A DNA stretch of 32,000 bases from Zygophlyctis sp. KS116 (Eukaryota; Fungi; Chytridiomycota). Numbering within the stretch: position 1 is the stretch's first letter; every line of letters begins with the position of its first letter. The translations under genes were made by a program, and so were the position numbers. The DNA lies in the NCBI GenBank assembly GCA_054661495.1, contig BAAFSQ010000073.1, positions 9,650 through 41,649 on the forward strand. Reading direction: 5' to 3'. The notes under the pieces were generated by a model that was not told where the DNA came from, did not search any database, and was given only the letters and a program-made list of their open reading frames with translations. Positions 13,428 through 25,762 of this stretch are shown here, piece by piece.

Positions 13428-16400
13428 TCAAAATCCGTAATAACGTCGAGTAGGAGTAGATGATAAAGGTGACATATCTATAGCATTGTATGGGTGGTTT
13501 CCTTCTTTTCGCAGCTGCATTTCTCGAACAACTCGATCTACAAAAATCCATTCACAGGCAAGAGCAAATATAGCATCGAGTACTATAATCAAGAAGAGAA
13601 CAAATCTGAAGATCATGGGGATACCTTTTTGTAATGAGAATACAGTTGAAATGAATTCAAATGGTCTTGTGCTATCACCCAGAAGCAGTAATAATGATAA
13701 AACAATCGATATAAAGGCCAAGTAATTGATAAATGGAATATTTTTCCACATTGGCAACTTGAAGTGGCTTGAAATCGAGAATGCCACAGCTACAATTACA
13801 TATTGAAAATGACCAAAGAGCCAAATAACTGCATTTTCATGGGTTTTGGCAAGGCCTCCGTTGAAAACATCTCTTGAAGTATCGAATCTTTAAAATTAAA
13901 TAACGAAAAGGACTTACTGATAGTCTGGGCATCCACCATTTATAGGTTGAAAATTGATGTCATAATGATCCTTGAAAGAACAGAACCAATTCTGAGTTGG
14001 GAAAATTGACATAACGGTCGTAAAAAATGTCAAGAATACCAAAATCTGTCCCAAAATTGATGATATCACTACAGAGGAAAAAAGGGTGTCTGGTGGTTTC
14101 TCTACTGACAATTCTCGGGCTGGCTCTGTCCAACAAATAAATACGCCTAAAAACAAAACAATCCCAAGATCATCCAGTAAGTATTCATTATTGGATATAG
14201 CTGATCCCAAATGGTAAAGGACTGCTGACATAGTTAATTGGATAATTGGATAAAGTGTCATAAACTTAAATGCTGTGAATGAAGTTTCCAGAGCACAACG
14301 ACCTTCTTTGATAATTTTAAGAATATCTGTGATATGTTTTTCCTGACTGGTGAATGGGGCGACTGTAGAAGCCTCAGCTCCAGACAGACCCACACCAACA
14401 TGAGCAACTTTAAGGCCACCACAATCATTTGTACCTATTTAATTAATCGTTAAAAGAATACCATCCCCGCAAAATCCAACTACCTTTTCCATTGAAATCA
14501 ACTTTTCTACCAAGAAAGCTTTGTGCTTTGGTTTAGCCCGGGCAAATATGTCGCATCGATCCATCACATAATTTAGAAGTAATTCATCGCCAGCTTCATG
14601 AATTATGTCCACTACTTCCCCTGTTGTAACAATCCTGGCAGAGAAAGGACAATTTCTGAATTCTTTCTCAAGATCTTCTACAACTCGGCATGGGCGATAA
14701 GACGCTAATGCTAGTGAAGGTTTTTCTTCCACACTAAGTTCAAGTGGAATTCTTGATGTCACAAGAGTGCCATCTCTTGCTTCCAGTAATAATGCATCAG
14801 TTAACATTCCAATTTCACGAGCAACATGAATAGCATTCATAGAATTATCACCAGTTATCATAATAGACCGAATATTAGCTTCCTGAAGAACACCAATTGT
14901 CGGAATACTTTCTGATTTGATTTCGTTGCTAAATAGAATAAATCCAAGAAACTCAAGACCATTTTCAAGTTCATAGCGCTTTTTTCCTGGAGAACTCAGA
15001 CCTTCGATTCTTTTTAAAGCACAGGCTATTACATAGTAACCTTCGAAAGCATATTTCTTACTGATCAAGCCATAGTTCTCTGGAATGGTTTCAGGCCGGC
15101 AAATCGAGAGAATAGATTCTGCAGATCCTTTTGAAATAACGTAGTGATATTCTGCTGCCAGAGAATCCATTACTTGAACCGTTGCACGCTGTAATTCAGA
15201 ATCAAAATCAAATCTTTGTATTACAAAGAGATCATCTCCTAGCTTGGCAGTGTTTTTCATTACCGCTTCTAATGGCAGATTCTGATCAAGTATATCGATT
15301 TCTCGATCCGTCTGGTCAACTTCATAGCCACAAGCAGTCACCATTTCAATATCTAATGGATGACCCACCAGCTTAGACATAACCATATTGACAGAATGAC
15401 ATGTGGCCATAACCATTTCCATTCCTGGAGATAGCGTAGATGTGGATTGAATGCCATTAAACGCTCCATTCCGGAACATATCAACTCCAGAAAAGGTAAG
15501 ATTAGGAGAAGTAAGCGTCCCAGTTTTATCCCAGCACATTGTATCTATTCGTCCAGCAAAATAAATTCTATCAGGAATAATACAAAATATTTTGCTTTTT
15601 TTCAAGCGCTCAACTGAAAGAACTATACCAACAGTTAATACTAATGGCAGTGCAGGAGGAACTGCAATTGTTATCAAGTCTGCTGAAGTTAAAAGAGTGT
15701 CCCAGATTGTTTTCCCTTGGCCAAGTTGCTGAATAACCCGATTGACAAACGCAGTCAATCCAATCAATGCCAAAATTCCTAAAAAGGTCCAAGAGTCATG
15801 GTAAAACTTAAAGTCAAGCGGTTTGGGAAATAGAAGAGTCTTGAATAGGTCACCTTTTGTACTAGAGAATCCGGTAGTGTATACCCTTCCTAAAGCAGGC
15901 TGACCACTCTTATCATTTTTGACCATCAAAATATCTGATCCAGCAAAAATAATATTATTTTTAAAGTTTTCAGACTTGAACAGTTCAGTGTTATTTGGAA
16001 GTGTATTTTTCACAACTGGAATCGATTCCCCAGTTAGAGAAGTCTCATCTACAATAGCCTGTCCTTTAATAACAATAATATCTCCTGTGACATTTTTCAT
16101 ATCTGAAAGCACAATTATATCCCCAATCACCACATGTGATGCATGTATTTTTTGGCTCTAATAATAAGATTCGATTCTGAACCTACCTGTGTATCACGGA
16201 TAACGGTAACATCTCCTTGAGGAGGTATAAGTTCTTTGAGATTTTTCTCCGCCTTCTTCAACAAGTATATCTCATTTGCAATTGATCCTATAGAAGAGCA
16301 CAAAATCACAAAAGCAAAAGTAAAATATCCTGCAACATTAAATGTCAATAATTACCGGTTCTAATCCAAATAAATACTGATAAAGACTGAAAAATGTAGA

Positions 16401-16848
16401 ATGGATGTGAAATTTTTGCAGCTATTAGTTCACTGATTGGTTTTTCTTCTATATCTAGAGTGTTATAACCATATTTAGTAAGCAATTCTTTAGCATCTTG
16501 ACTAGTAATTGCCCCTTTTCGAACCATTTCTTGACAAGAACCAGACATTTGTGCAGCCAATGGTACAAATTTATTGTTTTCGATAACATAACGCTGTTTC
16601 TTGTATTCAAAGTATTTCATTTCTTTGTTATCAATGGTTACTATCGACACATCAGCTTCACTATAAGAGCCTTCATCATGAATGCCTATCAACTCTGCGA
16701 CTGATAATTCTGTTTTCTGCCTTGCAAGAATAACAAACAGTAACGGCTTCCAGAAACAGATAAGGGGAAATATTCCAAAAGTGCTTATTGATAGAAGCAT
16801 ATACAAAGATGCTCCTATATTGTTTCTTTTGTATCCATAGACTTGCAT
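13428..16848 (-). CDS. P5B-type P-type ATPase (Ypk9/ATP13A2-5 family)
   Basis: LTGESIP, PPALP (P5B signature), DKTGTLT, MITGDN, FARAKP, GDGTNDCG, EGRCALETSF. Four short introns. Confidence 0.93.
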
Positions 16849-17041
16849 TTCCTTTTTGATTTATGTGTTTGTTTACACGCCACAATTCGTGGACGATCTG
16901 ATCTACTGATCACTTGTAAACAATCAACGATGCACAACTATAACAACAAAGAGAAAACACGAATACAGGATTACAGAAATTAACTATAAATATGCATACA
17001 TTAAAAGTGTCCAATAGTGATCGCAAGGTCAAGGATCATTC

Positions 17042-17308
17042 ATGAAATCATCGCTTCAGGTAGGAGGACTCCCCATGATTGCTTCTGTACTATTAGGGAC
17101 ATGGGGGCTAACTAGGATACAGCAAGCAAAGTTTGATGCTAGAGACACAAAGAAGCATGTAGCATCTAAAAGGGAAAAAATGGGAATTTCAGCTCAGCCG
17201 ATCGATCCACAAGAGATTTATTTTGTAATTTGCTTTTACTAATATCAGAGACTGGCTCCTGATATGGATCAAGATTGGGATTTTGTTAGGGTGAAGAGGC
17301 CAGAGTGA
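17042..17308 (+). CDS. COX16: Cytochrome c oxidase assembly factor COX16
   Basis: GGLPMIASVLLGTWGLTRIQQAKFD. After a 24-nt intron the protein ends DWDFVRVKRPE*. Confidence 0.8.
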
Positions 17309-17579
17309 TTGTTGACACCAAGTGCATTAAGATTTAGAGGTTGAACATTGCTGGATAAGATAAATGCATCTAGAAATACCTTTAATAATTCAGACTTTCT
17401 GGAATGATTGCATCGTTTTTGTATGATAAAATACATTATCCATTATTAATTACATTTTATTTATTGTACGCAGAGTAATTCAGTTATAACAATTCAACTG
17501 ATAAATCATTAGATCCAATTGATTCGAGAAATCAAAAGATCTGCAGCGCATTTCTCCGTCATCAGTCACGAACTTCAAG

Positions 17580-20500
17580 ATGCTAAAGGTAAATTGATTG
17601 GTATTAATGCTAAATTTAGACTCGAAATATTACAATTGAAAGAATTGAAAAGTTCAAACAAACAGGGCAGTTTTCTGATGTCAATTTACATTCTACATTA
17701 TGGAAAAAGATTGATACGGCATGTATTACAATGTGCGTATTCTCGGTTCCAAATTTAAAGAGAATGTAGGATTATAAATTCTTTATGATTTAGTTCTTTT
17801 GATGATGCGATTAAAGGTCATTATCGTCCTGCAAAGGTCGGAGACTCTTTTGGACCCACATGGTCGACTCATTGGTTCAAGATTAAAGTTGAAGTTTCAG
17901 ATGAGTTTAAAGGTGAAGAAGTTATATTGTTATTTGACTCTTCATCAGAAGCTATGATATGGTCAACGGATGGTGTGCCATTACAAGGATTAACAGGCGG
18001 AGATGTGAATGAGCGTCGTGTACATTTTAAGCTGTTATCAGAGGCCAAAGGAGGAGAAGAATTTTCTTTTTATATTGAAGTGGCATGTAATGGATTGTTT
18101 GGAGCAGGCGAGGGAGGAAATGGGTCTATATTTCCTCCGGTTGAAAATCGTACATTTCCTTTAGCCATTGCACAATTAGCAGTTAAAAATCAACTGTCTT
18201 GGGATTTGCATGAAGATTTAGAGATTTTTTTGGGTTTAATCAAGGATACTCCTCCAGATTCACAGCTGGGCGCAGATGCTTTGTATACGGCGAATAAGAT
18301 TGTAGATACATTTTATATTGATAGACCGGAAACTTTGAAAGAGGCTCATGAAATTGCTAAAAAATTTTATCAGGATCATAAGATGTTGGGTAGACCTGGG
18401 CATGAAATAATAGCAATTGGAAATTGTCATATTGACACAGCATGGTTATGGCCGTATGATGAGACAAAGAGAAAGGCGGCCCGGTATTTTATACAATTTA
18501 ATATATTAGATCATGGGCGACCCAGATTCGTCTTATGGAAGACTTTCCATCGTATACTTTTGCAGCCTCTCAAGCTCAACAATTTGAATGGGTTGAAAAC
18601 ATTTATCCAAAACTATTTGAAAAACTAAAAAAGAAGGCCGATGAAGGGCAATTTATTCCAATTGGGGGTAATCTGAAATTTGTTTTTATGCTCTAGGTAC
18701 TTGGGTTGAAATGGATTGTAATTTACCTAGTGGAGAGGCTTTATGTCGTCAGTTTTTATACGGTCAGAAATATTTTGAATCAAGATTTGGAAAGAGATGC
18801 AAAGTTTTTTGGCTTCCAGATACTGTAAGTTACGATTCATTATAATTTAAGTTCGGATATTCTGCGCAATTACCACAGATAGTTCGATTAGCAGGACTTG
18901 AATATTTTTTCACACAAAAGCTTAGCTGGAACAACATTAACAAGTTTCCTCATAGTACTTTCATGTGGTATGGACTAGATGGAACAGGGGTGCTGACTCA
19001 TTTTTCTCCTGCTGATACATATACAGCAACAGCATCAGTTCGAGATGTTAGCTATGCTGTCCGAAATAATAAGGACAAGGAATATTCTAACAGATCCCTA
19101 CTTGTTTATGGATTTGGGGATGGTGGTGGTGGACCAAGAGACGAAATGCTCCGTCGAATCGAAAAAATGTCGCATATTGAAGGCCTTCCAGCTTCAGTAA
19201 AATTCGGAGATCCCACTCAATTTTACCGGGATTTAGAATCTACCAGTAAAGATCTAAATAGTTGGAAGGGTGAATTGTACTTTGAGCTACATCGTGGAAC
19301 TTACACCACACATGGATTAATAAAGAAAGGCAATCGGAAAGGTGAACTGGCCCTCAGAGCACTTGAAATAATGTCTTCATTAGCTTGCATTAAGTCAGCA
19401 AGCTTTTCAAATCCTAAAGATGAATTAGATAAATTATGGAAGCTGCTATTACTGTATTTTTATTTATTATTCATCTGCAAAGGAATCAGTTCCACGACGT
19501 ATTGCCAGGGTCTTCAATTGAAATAGCATATGAAGATCCTATAAAGGTAGGTCAATGTAGTTTATTAAATATAGTTTCATCGCGAAATTCTGGAAGAAGG
19601 TGGCCAGTTGCTGCAAAAGGCTTGGAAGGTAGTGTATGATTCTTACAAGAATTTGCATTCCGATAAACAAGGTGATTTTTATAGTATTTTATATGACTTA
19701 GGCATTGTAGTTTTCAATCCTACGTCATGGACACGAAGTTTACAAGTTTTGGAGGTTGAAATGGCCAGTTTGATTCCTAATGCAGAACGCTTGACAATGG
19801 GAAAATTCCAGCAAGTTTCATCTGATGGAAAAATAGGCTTAGTTTTGATAGAAAGCATTCCTGGTATAGCTTTGAAGTCTTTTTCATTTGGAAATCTACC
19901 CTCTGATTTCAGTCCAATTAAAGGTATTTTTTATCTTTTGATTATTCTGAAGTGTCTCAATCATCTGATTCATCTCTCTCATTGGAGCAATCTGATGAGT
20001 ATATTGTAGGTGTGTTAGCTCTTCTGTTTAAACTCGCATTTATTTTCTCATTTAATAGTTAAACATGTGGCGGAAAAATATATCGAAATAGATAATGGTA
20101 TAATTCGAGTCAAACTCGATTCTCACGGCCGGATAACTAGTCTTTTAGATATTGAAAACAGGTATTTTTCGAAACCTAATTTGAAGCCGTGAAGTCATAT
20201 TACCTGGGCACAATGCAAATGTATTCAGGCTTTATGAGGATATTCCTCTGTTTTGGGATGCATGGGATGTTGAAGTATATTTAAATTTTGTAATATTAGA
20301 TTTATCATCTTGAAAAAGGGTGGGATGCTGGAGTTGGAAATATTGAAATTGAAGAATCAGGACCTTTAAGAGTTGTACTTAAAGTTGACCATCCTATTTC
20401 AAATACGAGCAGTTTGATACAAAGAATTATTGTGACAGCACATTCTCCTAGAGTGGAATTCCATACCAAGGTGTCTTGGAATGAGAATAGAAAAATGTTA

Positions 20501-21281
20501 AAAGTAGAATTTCCGGTAAATATCAGCCATGACGTTGCCACATATGAGACACAAGTAAGTCTAACAAATATTAGCTTATAATGCATAGTTTGGATTTATT
20601 CAACGGCCTACTCATTATAACACATCTTGGGACTTTGCTAAATTCGAAGTCTGTGGTCATAAATTTGTCGACTATTCGGAATATGACTACGGGGTCACTC
20701 TGTTAAATGACTGCAAGTACGGCTTTTCTACTCATGGAAATACTATGAGAATGTCCATTCTTAGATCTCCAAAAGCTCCCGATGCACATTGCGATATTGG
20801 TGATCATGAATTCAAATATGCTCTATATCCTCATAAAGGATGCTTCTTTGAAAGCGATGCCGTCCAGCAAGGATATGAATTCAATGTTCCGTTGATTTGC
20901 AGGTATTTTATCGCTGAATTAATATTAGTCCTTCACTTGTCGATCCAAACTCGAGATTAGAACAGCAGTTCTTTTCTGTCGATAAGTCTAATATTGTAAT
21001 TGATACTTTAAAAGTTGCAGAAGAATCTGACGGCTTAGAATTGGTAATCCGAATGTATGAAGCTTATGGTGGTCGGGGTCAATGTAGACTTATTAGGTAA
21101 GGTCTCAAGTATTTTAACAGATAATAGTACTGTTCCTATTAGCAAAGCTTGGTATTGCAATGTAATGGAAGACAATGAACAGGAAGTAACCTTTGACACT
21201 TCTGGAGCAATATTATTTGAATATACTCCTTTCAAGGTTATTTCATTCAGGATTAAAGTTCAAACTAAAAATCTAAAATAA
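17580..21281 (+). CDS. AMS1: GH38 cytosolic/vacuolar alpha-mannosidase (Ams1/MAN2C1 type)
   Basis: [86 protein letters not shown]. Fifteen introns reconstructed in frame. Confidence 0.94.
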
Positions 21282-21402
21282 ATAATCTTATGATTGCGAA
21301 ATCGATCCTTGACATGTCCGAAAGAGAATGAAGAACTATTTATAATTTAATTTCAAACATTACTCATGTGATGACTGTTGTTGAATGACGTAACGCTCGA
21401 TC

Positions 21403-22391
21403 ATGCCAAATAAGAGACTCAGAGTGCGAATTGGACCAGACTTTAACCAAGACAATCAAGTGACTGTAGCAGTCAATGATGAAAAGAAACCAGTTCTGAT
21501 TGATTCGCCTCATTTTGCTGGAAAGATCTTAATGAGAGTACACAATTTCAAAGGAGTTTCAAGTCCACTCCCTGGCTGCTCACCATGGGCAGTTGACGAT
21601 GAAAGTACCGAACCTTCAATACCAACATGTAAATACTTTGACGGTAAAAGGCGATGTTTTAGTATACAAATCAAAGGTTCATTTAAGAAAGCCTGGACGG
21701 CTAATGATATTGAATTTGGAATTGTTTTAGATCGCAGAATAAATCTACCAACTGGAGCAGATATGGCACTTAAAATAGCACAGGTTAATTTTATTATTAA
21801 TATTATAGGTGATTGATCCTGGACTTAAAGCAGATATTAGAGCAGAAAAACCTTGGACAATGAGTCCTTTACTATGTGCCATGAATGTATTCAATGTGAC
21901 CAATCTTCCTGCAAACCCAACAAATATTATCCCAATGACTGAAACTAAAGATTCAAACAATTATTCATCAGTTGGACCAGATTCACCAATTTCACCCGCA
22001 TCTCCAAATACTTTTAAGATTAAGAAATCGCTTTCTTTAGACGTAGATTTCTCAGATGAATATGAAGATGGACCAAATTTAGAAGAAAATAACACATTAT
22101 TAGTTTCAGGAAAATCAATGTCTGCAGATGCAAGAAAGGTATTTAAAAGGAATTAATATTTAGAAACATTTCTTAAAGGAATCTAATCGAAAATCATTCA
22201 AGTTTTCTCCGGAATATGTGTATGGCTTCGATTTTTATAATAAGTACTTGGATCTTGGAGAATTAAAGATCCGCTTACCGGGATTTTCAATTGGAATGGT
22301 TGATTACTGGGATATGCCCATCAAGTATGTCTGTAGATCAACCGATGGATCAGTTACATTTTTTGTAGTAGAAATGGATTTAGTAGATTAG
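21403..22391 (+). CDS. DUF1769-like conserved fungal protein
   Basis: LRVRIGP, VAVND..PVLIDSPHFAGKILMRVHNF, YFDGKRRCFSIQ, DIEFG, IDPGL..D..AEKPW..SPLLC, FDFYNKYLD. Two introns. Family name is from recall only. Confidence 0.72.
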
Positions 22392-22415
22392 GTGGATCAA
22401 GAAGCTTTGAATATT

Positions 22416-23308
22416 ATGAATTTTACAATCGGACCTGGTTCCATTCCAATTGTTCCTAATGAGTCCAGAGTACGTACACTTGTACCATTTAAATTCGTAG
22501 GAATGGATAATAACTCCTAACATAGTTGCTAGAGTTGGCTTAAAAACCAAACGACTAGATGATCCATATTTTAGAGATCATCAGCGCTTATTCACTTTTC
22601 AGATCAGTATATTATTCCTTGAGTCATATAATGGGTCAGATCTAGAATTTGGTATACGTCTACTAAAGCCTTTAGAGAGTCTTCCATGGGGATCGTCACT
22701 TGCTATTGCATTTATTCAAGTATTTCTATTCAAATTTATTATAGTTGATTGATCCAGGACTTGCTATTGATCTATCAGCACTAGAACCATTTGCTTTATC
22801 ACCGCTTCTCTGTAGGTAAGTATTATTACAATTTATTAAAAAGTATGAATATTATTTCTGATAAAGGATTAATATCTAATCTCTCGACTAAAAATAAAAG
22901 TACTGATGTATTATTCTGGAAATCTAAATTTCCTGAATGGAATGAACACGAACAAGCTCAAGAAAATCTAACATTAGAAGAATCATCATCTGTAAATAAC
23001 AATTCTGCACATCGCAAGGTATACTCAATTTAGATTAATAAAATAGTCATGGTTCCTTGATCTCAATCATCAGAAAACCTTTGATTTCACGCCTGGAGTC
23101 GTGTATAATCTTGGTAATATTTGAAGATTTAAAGTTAGAATTCTTTAATCCATATCTAGACTTGGAGTCATTATCATTAAGACTTCCAATATTTACTATT
23201 GATCTAATGCAGTTTTTAAACCAGAATTTAAGATTTGTAATCTTTTCTAAAACGCAAAAGAGCGAACTTTTGACTTTGACGGTGAACATTAATAAATCAT
23301 GCGATTAA
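22416..23308 (+). CDS. Second, divergent DUF1769-like paralog (mostly missed by the ORF track)
   Basis: Five introns give MNFTIGP..IVPNE, YFRDHQRLFTFQI, DLEFG, LIDPGLAIDL..LEPFALSPLLCSMN, HRKSWF, EFFNPYLDL..LRLP. It is collinear with the upstream gene and shares two intron positions with it. Confidence 0.72.
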
Positions 23309-25002
23309 GACCAATTTTAAGATCATCAATCGGATTAATCCCAGGATCATATTTTATGACCATGGATGACAATTCATGGATAGAAAAGAATTCGATCAAG
23401 GGAATTAGAAGTTTGCGAGCGATTAAAACTGTTTTAGACATTTCACTCGACTATAAATTCAATGCCGTCGACAAAGAACAAAAATCTATTGTTCATACAA
23501 GATCAGCGATCAAGTTATTAAAGCTATGTAAAAAGAATGGGGGAGTTTATATCAAATTAGGTCAGCATTTGTCAGCCATGGTGCATTTATTGTATTTTTT
23601 CTCCTGGTTAAATGTATAGGCCATTTGAATATACTAGTGTCTTGAAAGAATTACAAGATCAATGTAATCCTTCTACAATTGAAGAGATTGATTCACTATT
23701 TATATCAGATACGGGAAAAAATTTAGCCGATACTTTTGATTACTTTGATCCTGTTCCAATAGGAGTTGCATCATTGGCTCAAGTACATAAAGCAATTTAT
23801 AAAGGTAAACATGTCGCTGTAAAGATTCAACATCCATTTTTGAAAAAGTATACTGATTTGGATATTGAAACTACGGTTAGTGCAGTTGCGATTGTTAAAT
23901 ATTTCTTTCCGGATTTTGAATTTGGTTGGCTCGCAGATGAAATGAAGGCAAATTTACCATTAGAAATGGATTTCTCTAATGAAGGAAGGAATGCAATTCA
24001 AATTTCTAGGAATTTTTCAAGTAATCCTGTACTTAAAATACCTCATGTTTTTCAAGCAGATCAAAGAATTTTGATTATGGAATTTTGTCAAGGAGTGAGA
24101 ATAGACAATCTTGATTTTTTTAAAAAGAACCATATAAATGCAGATCAAGTATCATCCCAGCTCTCTAAAATATTTAATCAAATGATTTTCTTTGATGGTT
24201 TTGTACAGTAAGTATTTAAATTTTTTAATTGTTAGTTGTGATCCTCATCCGTAATTTCTAGATTTTTATTTAATTATTTAGGGGAAATATTTTTGTTTAT
24301 ACAAGGGAATTACCATGGTACAAAAGGATTCCAATTATATCACGATTGGCATTTCCTGCAGTTTTTAATTTTGAAATTATATTGCTTGATCATGGATTAT
24401 ACAAGAATTTAGATCAGGATTTTATTTCAGACTATGCTCATTTATGGGATTCTATTATTAGAGCAAATGAGGAAGGAATTGAAAAGTATTCTTACAATCT
24501 ATTCAAAAATTCTGAAAGAGTCTCTAAAAAAGGAATTGATCATCATCGTTTATTTGCATCAATGTTGACCGGAAGAACTTGGGAAGCTATTTCTAATACC
24601 GGATTGGCAACTGAAAGAACTGAAAATGAACGCAATGTAATTTTAAGAAAAGCTGGAGAGGAAGATTTCTTTACAGCAGTTGCTGGAATTTTGGCAAAAT
24701 GTCCTGGAGAATTATTGCTTTTATTAAAGACTAATGATCTATTGAGATCAATTGATAAAAGTTTAGAAATCACTGGATCAAAGAAGGAACAAATGTTGCG
24801 GAGTATTAGCACTATGGGCTGGTATTGTGAAATGGTTATTTTGAAAGAGGCAGAAAATTCAATAAATGGAATTAAATGGCTTAACTTGGAATACTGGAAA
24901 CATCGATTTAATTTTTGGATGGTTGGAATTCGACTATACTTACTTCACTCTTGGCTGGAATATCGGCGACTGACACGCAATGAAACGTTGACATCATCGT
25001 AA
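23299..25002 (+). CDS. ABC1/UbiB atypical kinase, ADCK1/Mcp2-like
   Basis: GGVYIKLGQH, PIGVASLAQVHKA, VAVKIQHP, HCDPHPGN (via micro-exon 24236-24250), LLDHGLY, LLLLKTNDLLR. Three introns. Confidence 0.9.
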
Positions 25003-25030
25003 GGTACAGGTTCCTATTGTTTAAGATAAA

Positions 25031-25633
25031 ATGACAACCATTCGTAAATCTTCTATTTTAAATGTTGTTAATGCTGATCATGACCCATCAAAGATTCATG
25101 TATTCAAGGGAGTTAACCAACTTTTACTAGCAGCAGATTTCATTGAGAGAAAAGAAAAGATGAATGCTTTTGTATTCAAGTATAAATCTGATCCATCACT
25201 TTTACTGGACTCAACTCAAACAATGGTCAATGAAAAAGATGTGTCCGAAACATCAGTTATTAAGCAGGATTCCGATTCACAGCTATTCCCTATCCCAGAG
25301 CTGACTAATGAATTCACTCTAGAGCAATTCAATTATCTGAAAAACCTTTATTGGAGCATACCTGCTCAAGGTCCATTTATCTGCAGCGTTCGAGGGTGCC
25401 AAAAGGAATTCAATCGAAAGGATAACTTAAAGTGCCACATAAAAACTCATATTCCAAATCGAAATCGACCATTCGAATGCGCAAGATGTGAGAGAGGATA
25501 TCTTAGACATGTGGATCTCATGAGACATATTGAAACAGTTCATTTAGGTCTACGAAGGCACTTTTGTACCAACTGTAACAAGGCATTTACTAGGAAAGAA
25601 GGATTACGGATTCACTCTGAGCGATGTTTTTAA
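25031..25633 (+). CDS. C2H2 zinc-finger transcription factor (two C2H2 fingers plus one C2HC)
   Basis: FICSVRGCQKEFNRKDNLKCHIKTH, FECARCERGYLRHVDLMRHIETVH, HFCTNCNKAFTRKEGLRIHSERC. Confidence 0.88.
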   Translation: MTTIRKSSILNVVNADHDPSKIHVFKGVNQLLLAADFIERKEKMNAFVFKYKSDPSLLLDSTQTMVNEKDVSETSVIKQDSDSQLFPIPELTNEFTLEQFNYLKNLYWSIPAQGPFICSVRGCQKEFNRKDNLKCHIKTHIPNRNRPFECARCERGYLRHVDLMRHIETVHLGLRRHFCTNCNKAFTRKEGLRIHSERCF

Positions 25634-25762
25634 TCAATATATTCTTTATTTTAAACTGTCTTTGCATTATATAAATGATCTAAAAAGCGTAGATAAACGA
25701 TAATCGTGCTGATAGGATCTAAATCTTCGTGATCATCAGATACGCGAATAATCAATCTTCAA

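Noticed and set aside
17309-17579. Relatively long intergenic gap that might hide an ncRNA
   Set aside because: No tRNA, snRNA or snoRNA hallmarks or convincing hairpin seen by eye. An Rfam search would be needed.
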